Below are positions 28,830 through 38,258 of a DNA stretch of 64,000 nt, one piece after another; position 1 is the stretch's first letter, and every line of letters starts with the position of its first letter. This stretch comes from Desulfurococcales archaeon (GTDB lineage: Archaea > Thermoproteota > Thermoprotei_A > Sulfolobales > Desulfurococcaceae). A program made the position numbers and the translations under genes. The stretch covers positions 512,001-576,000 of the forward strand of contig JALVYU010000026.1 in the NCBI GenBank assembly GCA_027022365.1. Direction: 5' to 3'. Below the pieces are notes generated by a model that searched no databases, was not told where the DNA came from, and was given only the letters and a program-made list of their open reading frames with translations.

Positions 28830-29411
28830 ATGGCGAAACCCAGAGTAATTATTGTTACAGGAACTCCTGGCACGGGAAAGACTAGTGTTAGTAGATTATT
28901 AGCTGAGAAGCTTGGATGCATACATTTGGATGTGAGCCGATACGTTATCGAGAACAGAATGTATGTATCCTATGATGAGGAGAGGCAGAGCTACGTCATC
29001 GATGAAGATAGAGTAAGAGAAGCAATAAAGAAACTAGTTGAGACATCAAAATGCATAATTATCGATATACATTACCCAGAGCTCCTCGACTTCCTACAAC
29101 CGGACATAATCATAATCCTCAGGACAGCGCCAGAAATACTGGAAAGGAGGCTTAAGCCTAGGAATTGGCCGGAGAATAAGGTTAAGGAGAATATAATGGC
29201 CGAAATACTCGGTGTACCTACGGCTAATGCGTTGAGCATCGTGGGTTCCGATAAGATATACGAGATCGATACTACTGATAGGGAGCCGGAAGAAGTTGTT
29301 AGGATAGTATTAGAAGATATATTAGAGGGTAAGGCTAAACCAGGGCCTAAAATAGACTGGTTATCTAGGATGAGCCCCGATGAACTGATAAAGTACGAGT
29401 ACAGCGGTTGA
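28830..29411 (+). CDS. Adenylate kinase AK6/Fap7 family
   Basis: ITGTPGTGKT and KVKENIMAEI. Confidence 0.9.
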   Translation: MAKPRVIIVTGTPGTGKTSVSRLLAEKLGCIHLDVSRYVIENRMYVSYDEERQSYVIDEDRVREAIKKLVETSKCIIIDIHYPELLDFLQPDIIIILRTAPEILERRLKPRNWPENKVKENIMAEILGVPTANALSIVGSDKIYEIDTTDREPEEVVRIVLEDILEGKAKPGPKIDWLSRMSPDELIKYEYSG

Positions 29412-30232
29412 TCGAAATGCCCTATGGTTTCTCCCTAGCGGGATGGAGTGATTTAAGGAGAGTAGTGTCGAGAGCTGATGTTGTTCTAGAAGTTATCGAT
29501 GCACGTGACCCTCTAGGAACCCGTAGCCGCAGGCTTGAAAGAATAGTGGAAGAGATGGGGCGCGAGCTCCTCTTAGTACTTAATAAGAGCGACCTAGTAC
29601 CGAGAACCATAGTGGAGGAATGGGTACACCTCTTCAGGGACAGAGGCTATAGAGCAGTATATGTGGCGGCTACACGGTACTGGGGAACAAAATACCTGCG
29701 TCGAGCGATAAAAGAGGCAGCTCCTGCGCTTCCGGTAATTGTCGCCGTTGTTGGTTATCCGAAAACAGGTAAGTCTTCCATAATTAATGCTTTAAAGGGC
29801 AGACATTCAGCATCAACTAGTCCAATACCTGGTAGCCCAGGATATACTCATCATGTTCAGCTCTACCGTGTCGAGAAAAACATACTAATGATAGACACCC
29901 CGGGTGTAATCCCAGTTGAGGGAGGAGAGCTAGAGAGGATAATAAGGGGTCAGAGCCCCGAGCAACTAGACGATCCTGTCCCTCCAGCGATAAAGCTTAT
30001 TGAGAGAATATTAGATCATGTACCAACGGCTTTTATCCAGGCGTACAAGATAAGGGCTAGGGAGCCGATTAGGATACTCGAGGAGCTCGCCAAGCATAGA
30101 GGGTGGTTCTACAAGAAGACGAAGGAGCCCCTGATCGAGGAGGCGGCCAGAACGATCATAAGGGATTATCATAGGGGGAAGATACCCTTCTATATTAAAC
30201 CTTCTAGAACCATTATTCTTGACATGGTGTAA
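29408..30232 (+). CDS. Circularly permuted GTPase (RbgA/YlqF family)
   Basis: DARDP, NKSD, GYPKTGKSS and DTPG in permuted order. Confidence 0.92.
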   Translation: MIEMPYGFSLAGWSDLRRVVSRADVVLEVIDARDPLGTRSRRLERIVEEMGRELLLVLNKSDLVPRTIVEEWVHLFRDRGYRAVYVAATRYWGTKYLRRAIKEAAPALPVIVAVVGYPKTGKSSIINALKGRHSASTSPIPGSPGYTHHVQLYRVEKNILMIDTPGVIPVEGGELERIIRGQSPEQLDDPVPPAIKLIERILDHVPTAFIQAYKIRAREPIRILEELAKHRGWFYKKTKEPLIEEAARTIIRDYHRGKIPFYIKPSRTIILDMV

Positions 30233-30234
30233 GA

Positions 30235-30957
30235 ATGTTTCCAGACGAGCTCGAGAGATACCATAGACAACTGCTCGTTATCGGCGAGGAGGGCCAAGAG
30301 AAGCTCCATAGGTCAGCAGTTCTAGTTGTAGGCGTCGGTGGACTTGGATCAATAGCGTCGCTTTACTTGGGAGCAGCTGGCGTGGGCAGACTTGTTCTAA
30401 TAGATAATGGACTCGTAGAACTCAGCAATTTGCAGAGGCAGATCCTCTATACCATGGATGATCTAGGGAGACCCAAGGTGTACTGTGCCGCTAAGAGATT
30501 AAGTTTACTCAATCCCAGCATTAATATACATCCTATTTACTCAGAGGCATCACCTGATCTTTTAAGACGTATAATTAGGGAGGTAGATCTCGTTGTTGAC
30601 GGTCTAGATAACTGGGAGACCCGCGTTGTTGTTGATAAGATATGCTATGAGCTCGGAAAACCATTTATTCACGCGGGAATACATGGGTTCTATGGCCAGC
30701 TATACATTGCATGGCCCGGTAAAACACCTTGCCTTAGATGCGTGTTTTCACACCCTCCGAGAAGAACTGATAAACCTATCCCGGTATTCTCGACAACGCC
30801 GGGCGTTCTCGGCTTGCTTGAGGCCAATGAAGCACTGAAGATCTTGACTGGTGCGGGCGAGCCTTTCTTGAACAAGATACTGGTCTATGATGGTAGAACA
30901 GGGTTATTCGACTACGTCGAGATAAAAAGTGGTAATTGCAAAGTATGTGAGGAGTGA
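30235..30957 (+). CDS. ThiF/MoeB/UbaA E1-like activating enzyme
   Basis: GVGGLG, SNLQRQ and CLRC motifs. Confidence 0.92.
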   Translation: MFPDELERYHRQLLVIGEEGQEKLHRSAVLVVGVGGLGSIASLYLGAAGVGRLVLIDNGLVELSNLQRQILYTMDDLGRPKVYCAAKRLSLLNPSINIHPIYSEASPDLLRRIIREVDLVVDGLDNWETRVVVDKICYELGKPFIHAGIHGFYGQLYIAWPGKTPCLRCVFSHPPRRTDKPIPVFSTTPGVLGLLEANEALKILTGAGEPFLNKILVYDGRTGLFDYVEIKSGNCKVCEE

Positions 30958-30966
30958 TAACCTTAG

Positions 30967-31227
30967 CTAGCCCCATCTTCGGCGTAGTAAACACCACTCT
31001 GTCTCCATCCTTAAGCCTGTAGCCGGGCCCGTCAACAGGTTTCCCATTAACAATGATAGTGAACACCAGTCTTCCTTCTTTGACGCTCCTGTAGAATCTC
31101 TTGCTGATCTTTCGCCTATTTCTTCTATCAGATCCTCAATGGTAGCTTTTTCCGGTAGTTCTAGCTTTGCCAGGTGTTTCCCAACGATTTGCCCCGCTCT
31201 TGCTAAAAATACTACCGTGACCTGCAT
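30967..31227 (-). pseudogene. MoaD/Urm1-like ubiquitin-fold gene with apparent frameshifts
   Basis: N-terminal half in one frame, IIVNGK...LKDGDRVVFTTPKMG in another; indels in homopolymers. Confidence 0.7.
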
Positions 31228-31387
31228 TTCATCATCAATAATTGAGTCTACATCGACAAATTATATTTGTCGTGATTGAAACTGTATCAAAAGAATACAT
31301 CTATTATTGTTTATTAATCATATGACTATTCTAAAAAACAAACGGCGTAATAAGGCCTATCAATATACATATTCATTGGGAACCCAG

Positions 31388-32806
31388 ATGAGAGTGTTAT
31401 TGACACTTCCACCTGGTATCCATGACCTAGAAATATATAGGGTTACTGGTCTCACAGCACCTCCCTTAGGCCTAGCATATATCGCGGCAATTCTTGAGCG
31501 TGATGGACACCGGGTCAAGATACTGGATACCCCTACACTGAAAATGGATCTAGACACATGGGTTCAAAACATCAAGTCCTGGTCTCCCGACATAATAGGT
31601 TTCTCGATCCTCACACCTACTGCGCCGAAAGCATACGTGGCTGCCAGGAAGATCAAGGAGGAAATAGACGACATAATACTTGTTGCTGGAGGACAGCACC
31701 CCACGTATATGTGGAGCGAGACGCTGGATAATGGGTTCGACATAATAGTTAGAGGAGAAGGCGAAATAACTGCTAGAGAGCTCATAAAAACTATTGATAA
31801 ACATGGAATGGATCCCGCGGAGCTAAGAAGAGTTGCCGGCATTGTTTTTCGCGACAAGCATGGCAAAATAGTTGCAACAAGGGAGAGGCCCCTCATTTAC
31901 AATCTCGATGTGCTTCCCTGGCCTGCCCGTCACCTTCTTCCCATGGATAAATATACTTTGTTCGGGAAGAAGATACGGGTTGCCCATATTATGGCTAGTA
32001 GGGGGTGTCCATATGGATGCATATACTGTACGACAAGCTATTACTGGGGCAGAAGAATACGCTACCGCTCCCCCAGGAATGTTGCAGAAGAAATAGAGTT
32101 CCTTGTGGATAAGTACAGGGTAGAACACGTAGTTTTCACCGATGACGAACTAACAGCCAATAGACGCTTCGTCTACGGGCTCATCGAGGAGATGAAGAAG
32201 AGGGGGCTAGACATAGGATTCGCCTGTGGCGCCCGGGTAAACCATATGGACAAGGATTTCATGAAGTTCCTCTACAACAATGGTTGCGTTGCGCTCTACT
32301 TCGGCGTAGAATCCGGGACACAGAGGATACTGGACAAGATCGGGAAGATGATAAGCCTAGACCAAGTCAGAAAAGTGTTTAGGTGGAAGAGGGAGATCGG
32401 GGGCTTCGCAACGGCTTCTTTCATTCTCGGATTTCCTTGGGAAACGATCGATGATATGAAGAAGACCGTGGAACTCGCCATAGATATTGATCCCGACTAT
32501 GCACAGTTCACGGTGCTGACACCATATCCGGGCACACCCTTGTTCGACTACGCTATGCGGTACGGCTTGATCGAGGACTGGAACTGGGAGCACTACACGA
32601 CGCTGAGACCTGTTATGAGGGGCTTCAAGTTTACACGGGAGCAGGTCGCCAAGATGCTCAAGTATGCATATAGGAAGTTCTTCATAAGATCGGCGTTTAT
32701 TCTCCGCGAGCTCAGGGCTGGGAGGCTGAAGGATATACTCGGGATCATAGCTCGTGAAACAATATCTATTCTTGCCGATAAGCTTAGAAGCGTTATAGGG
32801 CGCTAG
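31388..32806 (+). CDS. Cobalamin-binding radical SAM protein
   Basis: PPLGLAYIAA B12 domain; SRGCPYGCIYC. Confidence 0.9.
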   Translation: MRVLLTLPPGIHDLEIYRVTGLTAPPLGLAYIAAILERDGHRVKILDTPTLKMDLDTWVQNIKSWSPDIIGFSILTPTAPKAYVAARKIKEEIDDIILVAGGQHPTYMWSETLDNGFDIIVRGEGEITARELIKTIDKHGMDPAELRRVAGIVFRDKHGKIVATRERPLIYNLDVLPWPARHLLPMDKYTLFGKKIRVAHIMASRGCPYGCIYCTTSYYWGRRIRYRSPRNVAEEIEFLVDKYRVEHVVFTDDELTANRRFVYGLIEEMKKRGLDIGFACGARVNHMDKDFMKFLYNNGCVALYFGVESGTQRILDKIGKMISLDQVRKVFRWKREIGGFATASFILGFPWETIDDMKKTVELAIDIDPDYAQFTVLTPYPGTPLFDYAMRYGLIEDWNWEHYTTLRPVMRGFKFTREQVAKMLKYAYRKFFIRSAFILRELRAGRLKDILGIIARETISILADKLRSVIGR

Positions 32807-32820
32807 GCTGCTCCAGCGGT

Positions 32821-33027
32821 CTAACCCCCTATACCCTGTAAAATAATCTTTACTTCCCCTTCGGATTCTATGACGTAATCTGGATCATCTATTAAACGGC
32901 CGTTATAGACGATAGCAACGGAGTCAGGGTCATCTATGCCTAGCTTTTCCAGGATCTCTCTTAGCGTGAGTCTTTTCTCCTTAAAAACAACTTCTCTCTT
33001 ATCGTGGAGAACCACTGCCTTGATCAT
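32821..33027 (-). CDS. ThiS/MoaD-like small protein
   Basis: 68 aa ending GIGG. Confidence 0.8.
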   Translation of the reverse strand: MIKAVVLHDKREVVFKEKRLTLREILEKLGIDDPDSVAIVYNGRLIDDPDYVIESEGEVKIILQGIGG

Positions 33028-33358
33028 TATTGTTGGCCCTGACGCTGTTATCTAGCCATTTAAGATAGTCCGGATAACCCCCTATTATGGGTAAGGCTAT
33101 GATCTCGGGTACCTCATAGCTGTGCAGCGACTTTATCCTCCTCACGAGTTTGCCCAGCTGGGTCACCTTGGTCTTAATGATGAGGAGTGCCTCGCCGCTT
33201 TTCTCGACCTTGTTGTTCCACCAATAGATGCTCTCTATTTTCTCGACTATATTAGTGCATGCAGCTAACTTGTTCTTGACTATGTCTTCAGCGATGCGCT
33301 CAGCCTCCTCTTTATTGGAGGTTGTGACTAGTACTAGGACCCATCCGCCACCGATCAT
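32999..33358 (-). CDS. cutA: Divalent cation tolerance protein
   Basis: LAAC, SIYWW and HSYEVPEI. Confidence 0.93.
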   Translation of the reverse strand: MIGGGWVLVLVTTSNKEEAERIAEDIVKNKLAACTNIVEKIESIYWWNNKVEKSGEALLIIKTKVTQLGKLVRRIKSLHSYEVPEIIALPIIGGYPDYLKWLDNSVRANNNDQGSGSPR

Positions 33359-33360
33359 GG

Positions 33361-33666
33361 TTATGCCTCCACGGTAACCGGGCTATTGCTCGCAGCCATT
33401 GATTCGGCTGTTTGGTGCTCGGTCCTAATATCGATTTCGAACGAGCCGAGTCTTAGCGCCTGAAGCAGTTTCTCGCCAAGACTCGTCAGTTTGTATACCC
33501 GGTGTGTCCCCCTAGAGTAAATCGTTGTCACGAAGCCCAGTGCTTCAAGGACATGGAAGGACGCGAGCACCTCGTACCTGGGAAGCCCCGTCTTGCCCGC
33601 TATGTCTCCGGGGTTTCGTGGCGCCTTGTAGAGCTCCTCGAGGATTAGTCTTAGCTTCCACTGCAT
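33361..33666 (-). CDS. Winged-helix DNA-binding protein
   Basis: HTH followed by VYKLTSLG wing. Confidence 0.7.
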   Translation of the reverse strand: MQWKLRLILEELYKAPRNPGDIAGKTGLPRYEVLASFHVLEALGFVTTIYSRGTHRVYKLTSLGEKLLQALRLGSFEIDIRTEHQTAESMAASNSPVTVEA

Positions 33667-33815
33667 CTGGTCTCACCGGTAACATGTATTGCTGGGAGCA
33701 TTGGGTTTTAAGCGGGGAGGGCCATCAGGTATTTGTCCGGGGGTTTATCTGTTTTCTTCGACATAGATTGATTTACTAGTGTACAGACTAGTGTACTATG
33801 GGGTAGGATGAACTA

Positions 33816-34526
33816 TTGACGGGCTACGGCGAGATCAGAGGCACTGTGAGCGTTGCTGGTAATACTATATCTGTTACCGGCGAGGGAGATGTTATCAAGT
33901 ATAGAAGGGAGTGGAGAGGCGGAGAGTACACGCGTCTCCTCGTCCGGCCCAGGAGGCTTGAGCTCGTCCCAATGTATCCCGTACTGCTCCCCAAGAAGAT
34001 AACTAATTACGTAATGGTGAGGCTCCTCGAGCCCATCCATATCCCTAGCCGTGGAGAAGCAATGATCTATATCAAGATACCGGTGGAGCTCGCTGTAATG
34101 ACTTATGACAGGTATAGGAGATATGACCTGGTGGACGTATTCCCCGTCATGAAAATCAAGTACGTACTGTACGGTTCACCTGACAGAGGACTAATAGCTC
34201 GTTACTGGGAATCAGTCCCCATGACCGACCCGCCGGACACGAGTATTGGTGAAGCACGCGTCCTAGTCAATATTAGGAGCAGGTATGATGGATGGGTAGA
34301 GATAGGGAGGATTCTCCTCGACTCACAGATACTCAAGCTATACTATGTGCCCGGCACGTGGAGGGCTAGCACGCAAGCCATAACAATGGTGGTTAACAGC
34401 CCAGCGACCGCAACCATATACTATGGACGCAAAGTCGAGATGGAGGCAAGGCCTGTGCATGATCCTCCCGGGCTTAGGCCTCCAAGGATACTTGCGCGCA
34501 CCGAGATGCTGTATGGTCTGAGGTGA
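33816..34526 (+). CDS. DUF432 family protein
   Basis: KYVLYG motif; adjacent to MscS as is typical. Confidence 0.75.
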   Translation: MTGYGEIRGTVSVAGNTISVTGEGDVIKYRREWRGGEYTRLLVRPRRLELVPMYPVLLPKKITNYVMVRLLEPIHIPSRGEAMIYIKIPVELAVMTYDRYRRYDLVDVFPVMKIKYVLYGSPDRGLIARYWESVPMTDPPDTSIGEARVLVNIRSRYDGWVEIGRILLDSQILKLYYVPGTWRASTQAITMVVNSPATATIYYGRKVEMEARPVHDPPGLRPPRILARTEMLYGLR

Positions 34527-34532
34527 GGTTCG

Positions 34533-35429
34533 ATGGAGGAATTCAACTTCACGTCAGCGTTCTACTGGATACGTGAAGTAAACTGGCCGGGCCTCCTGAT
34601 GGCTATACTAATAATCGTGGGCGGTCTTCTGATAGCGTCTCTGCTCCGAAAACTCATATATAAGCTCATGATAAGAGTCGCCCCAGAGCCTGTTTCCAGG
34701 AACGTGTCAAGGGCTATCTATTACATCATAGTCTTCGTGGCCGGGATCTCGGCTCTTGGAAGCCTAGGCATAAATCTCACGGGCGTCTTCCTCGCGGGTG
34801 GTATAATAGGTATAATCTTGGGCTTCGCTCTCCAAAGCATAACGGCAAACCTGTTCTCGGGCCTATTCTTGTACTGGGAGAAGCCCTTCAGCCCCGGAGA
34901 CCTGGTGGAGGTGAGCGGTGTGCAGGGATGGATAACCGACGTAACGATCATGTCGACCAGGATACTCGGCCTTGACGGCGTCAAGGTCAGGATACCGAAC
35001 CAAGAGGTGTTCCAGTCCAGGATCAAGAACTACAGCATGACAGCTGCACGTAGACTAGACTTCATAGTAGGCATTGCCTACAAGGAGGACGCGGAGAAAG
35101 CATACGAGGTCATAAGGAGAGTACTGGACGAACACCCGCTCGTACTCGTCCACCCGGCTCCCGACGTCTTTGTTGAGGAACTCGGAGATAGCAGCGTCAA
35201 TATAAGGGTGAGGGTATGGGTTCCATCAAAGGGGATGCTCTGGTACGAGGTCTACAAGGACCTGCTATGGAAGATTAAGAAGGCGATAACCGAGGCGGGC
35301 ATAGAGATACCGTTCATACAGAACGATGTCTGGTTCAGGACCCCGCTCGAGATAAGGATTAGGAAGGAAGAAGATAGGAGGAGAAAACTCCAGCCCTCAT
35401 CTAGATCCACACATCGATTCGAGGAGTGA
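34533..35429 (+). CDS. mscS: Small-conductance mechanosensitive channel
   Basis: GFALQSITANLFSG, PFSPGD and GIEIPF. Confidence 0.93.
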   Translation: MEEFNFTSAFYWIREVNWPGLLMAILIIVGGLLIASLLRKLIYKLMIRVAPEPVSRNVSRAIYYIIVFVAGISALGSLGINLTGVFLAGGIIGIILGFALQSITANLFSGLFLYWEKPFSPGDLVEVSGVQGWITDVTIMSTRILGLDGVKVRIPNQEVFQSRIKNYSMTAARRLDFIVGIAYKEDAEKAYEVIRRVLDEHPLVLVHPAPDVFVEELGDSSVNIRVRVWVPSKGMLWYEVYKDLLWKIKKAITEAGIEIPFIQNDVWFRTPLEIRIRKEEDRRRKLQPSSRSTHRFEE

Positions 35430-37469
35430 TACTGAGGCCTTTCTAGCGGCTCTCTCAAGTATTTTCTCGGCCTCCGATGCGCTGAGCCCTGTGAAGCCAG
35501 CTATGTCTGTTATTGTCTTTCCCTGTAGGAGCCTCGCAACAAGCACGTGTTTCTCCTTCTCTCCTAGGCGGTTCCAGTCCAGTTTATCGATATATGCTAT
35601 GAGGATATCCGCTATACTCTCCAAATAGACGTTTTCGCCGGCGATGTATTTCTTGAGCCGCGAACAATCCAGGGCGACGGGTATTTCTCCGGGCGTTAGC
35701 GAACCCAGTGCCTCCACGAGCTTCTCTGTCCCGAAGTCCCTGTACGATATATGGGCTGTGAGGGCCAGTACCCGGTAGCCTATCCTCGAGAGCATTTCCT
35801 CCACATATTTTTTCTCATTATCGAGGATCTTTATCACGGCTACGTTTTTCTCCCCGGTAGCCCTATTGTACCTGGGGCTTACATAGAAGGCTCTGTAGCC
35901 GTTCCTAGTCCAGAACCTTATCGTCGTGTAGCCCGAAAATATTGCACCCACGCCATGTTTACCGGTGCGTTGTGCCTCCTCTTCGATCTCTCTGAGTAGC
36001 CTCGACCCTATTCCTCTTCTCTGCAGTGATGGCGTGACGGCTATCCTTACAACACGCCATATCCTCAGACCTCCTGCTTCCACGCCATACCTCGATATCT
36101 TGTCGATAAGCCTGACAGACCTGTCATTGCCGCCCGCCTCCTCATGCCTGAGCTGAGCGACAGCGACAATGTCTCCCCTTCCATCAACCACACACCTGAT
36201 GTCGAAGTAGTCCGTGTCCAGTAGGAGGACGAGATCGTCTGGCTCGTTCCTGTAATGAGCCGTCACCAGTAGACCATATATCCTGCGGAGCAACCCATAA
36301 TCTCCTACCAGCTCGTCCTTGTCGACTACTCTGTACTGGAGGGGCTCAACGACCTCCTTCTTATCGAGGGGCTCGGCGTCAAGGTGGAAAACCCTGTAGA
36401 AGAGTCTTTCGAGGGGATCGCCGGGATAATAGCGTATAGGCCTCGACAGCTTGACAACTGTTTTCCTGTGGAAGTACTCCTCCATTATCTTGAGGATCGC
36501 CCGCCCGCTTCCTTCATAGCCGTGGATAGTGGTCGAGGCTATGACTTTCCCGATCCTCCTATACCACCTCATGAGCCTAGCGACACCGACGGCCGCTGCC
36601 TCATCCACGAACAAAGGCTTATCAAAGCCGTCAACCCGTCTCCAGGGCCTCCTATACACGATGGTTGAGCCGGAGCTGGAGACACTGGTGATGAGCCCGT
36701 CCCCCGTCTCCACAGCGGCCCGGAGGCCTAGAGCCTCTAATCCCCTGATTAGGTGTTTGAAGAAGCTCTGAACAGCCTCAGGGCTATGCCCTACCACGCA
36801 GTACCGGCCCCTACGCTTAGCCATGACATATGCTGCCATAAGCCCCAATACGCTGCTCTTACCTCTCCCCCGGTCACCGATAACCATCAACAACTTGTTC
36901 CTACCATAGAGGAACGAGGGGAGAGAGCGGAGGGCGCGTGCTTGTCCCGGTGACGCCGTCAAGCATAGGAGTCTACGTATAATCCTATCACTGCTCGAGA
37001 CACTGGGACTGAACTTGGTCTGCGGGGGCCTGACAGTATAGATGTTTAGGCCCGCGAGCTCGCCATGCCTATAAATGGCCGTGTTGTCCGCCTCACGTAC
37101 CCGTGCCTCGAAGTATCTGCCGAACCTTGTATCCGACAGCTCCACGGGTACTTGGAGCAAGTAGTAGCCAGCCCTCGAGACGAGCTCCATGGTCGCGGCC
37201 AACAGGTTTCCGGGCCAGCCCCTACCACCTTCTAGTAGTAGCGCGACACTCCTATACTCCGCACCAAGCAGTCTGTGGGCATCCTTAAAGGAGACGGTCT
37301 CACTGCACTGTTCTAGGCTGGTCTCCGCATATCGAGATATGCATAGCTCGTACTCAGCATCATTGCTGATTTCTTCCAGTGTGCTCGGCGCCCCGACGAA
37401 GTATATGAATCCACGCCATCCCAGATCGGTCAGCTTCCCAGCTACTTCGCCGATCCCCATCTTGATCAC
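35397..37469 (-). CDS. tmcA: tRNA/rRNA cytidine acetyltransferase TmcA/Nat10
   Basis: DRGRGKS, DEAAA, TTIHGYEGSG, AHYRNEPDDL and GNAT domain. Confidence 0.93.
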   Translation of the reverse strand: MIKMGIGEVAGKLTDLGWRGFIYFVGAPSTLEEISNDAEYELCISRYAETSLEQCSETVSFKDAHRLLGAEYRSVALLLEGGRGWPGNLLAATMELVSRAGYYLLQVPVELSDTRFGRYFEARVREADNTAIYRHGELAGLNIYTVRPPQTKFSPSVSSSDRIIRRLLCLTASPGQARALRSLPSFLYGRNKLLMVIGDRGRGKSSVLGLMAAYVMAKRRGRYCVVGHSPEAVQSFFKHLIRGLEALGLRAAVETGDGLITSVSSSGSTIVYRRPWRRVDGFDKPLFVDEAAAVGVARLMRWYRRIGKVIASTTIHGYEGSGRAILKIMEEYFHRKTVVKLSRPIRYYPGDPLERLFYRVFHLDAEPLDKKEVVEPLQYRVVDKDELVGDYGLLRRIYGLLVTAHYRNEPDDLVLLLDTDYFDIRCVVDGRGDIVAVAQLRHEEAGGNDRSVRLIDKISRYGVEAGGLRIWRVVRIAVTPSLQRRGIGSRLLREIEEEAQRTGKHGVGAIFSGYTTIRFWTRNGYRAFYVSPRYNRATGEKNVAVIKILDNEKKYVEEMLSRIGYRVLALTAHISYRDFGTEKLVEALGSLTPGEIPVALDCSRLKKYIAGENVYLESIADILIAYIDKLDWNRLGEKEKHVLVARLLQGKTITDIAGFTGLSASEAEKILERAARKASVSLLESMCGSR

Positions 37470-38258
37470 CTTGACTATGATACATTATCCATTACTATGT
37501 ACAGTGTCTCATAATAAAATAAACTTGTATCCCAGGTCATAGACGGGTTGCTCCAGACATGTTCCGAGACAGGGATAACTCCCCGGTTACCAGCCCGATC
37601 GAACATAGACCCGGAACCCAAGTACTCTAATGGTATAGTTAATCCCCACTTAACTTTCCAGCGGTAAAGTTAACCCGCCATCCACCCAGAACTGTACATA
37701 GCTACAATACAGTATCCAAAAACAGATAATAAATATCAAAACAATATAAACTGTAGGACAGAACTACGAATAAATGAAGAAAACAAACATATAAGAAACC
37801 TGTCGGCCCCTGCAGAACCCTGAGGAGCAGCCAGATAATACCGGCTAGAAACGTGGAGGCCCCCCTAAGCAGGTTATACCTAGGTAGACAGAACAGTAGC
37901 TTAAGGCTATCTGCAAAAAGAGTAATACCATAATAAAACGCTAACAATGTATAGTAATATGTATACGAGTATAATAGTTCAATAAATAATTATCGTTATT
38001 ACGAATTTTATTTTAAACAATAAATGTGTGTAAAGCTTATGAAGTATTACCTCGAGCCACTATCTTGTCTGGGAACCCGCTATACTATCTAGCTCAGACA
38101 ACGTTTTTTCACGTATATCACTGATTTGAGGTAATACCTTCATTAATTCTATACAGTATTAAATAATATGGTACTCCATCATTATATAAAAGATACAGAA
38201 TCAATATCATTATACTTAAAGTAAGACTTTTAAACTATATTGTAGATTACATTATAGT

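Noticed and set aside
37702-37947. 81-aa hydrophobic ORF
   Set aside because: No RBS or family motif; likely a by-product of strand compositional bias
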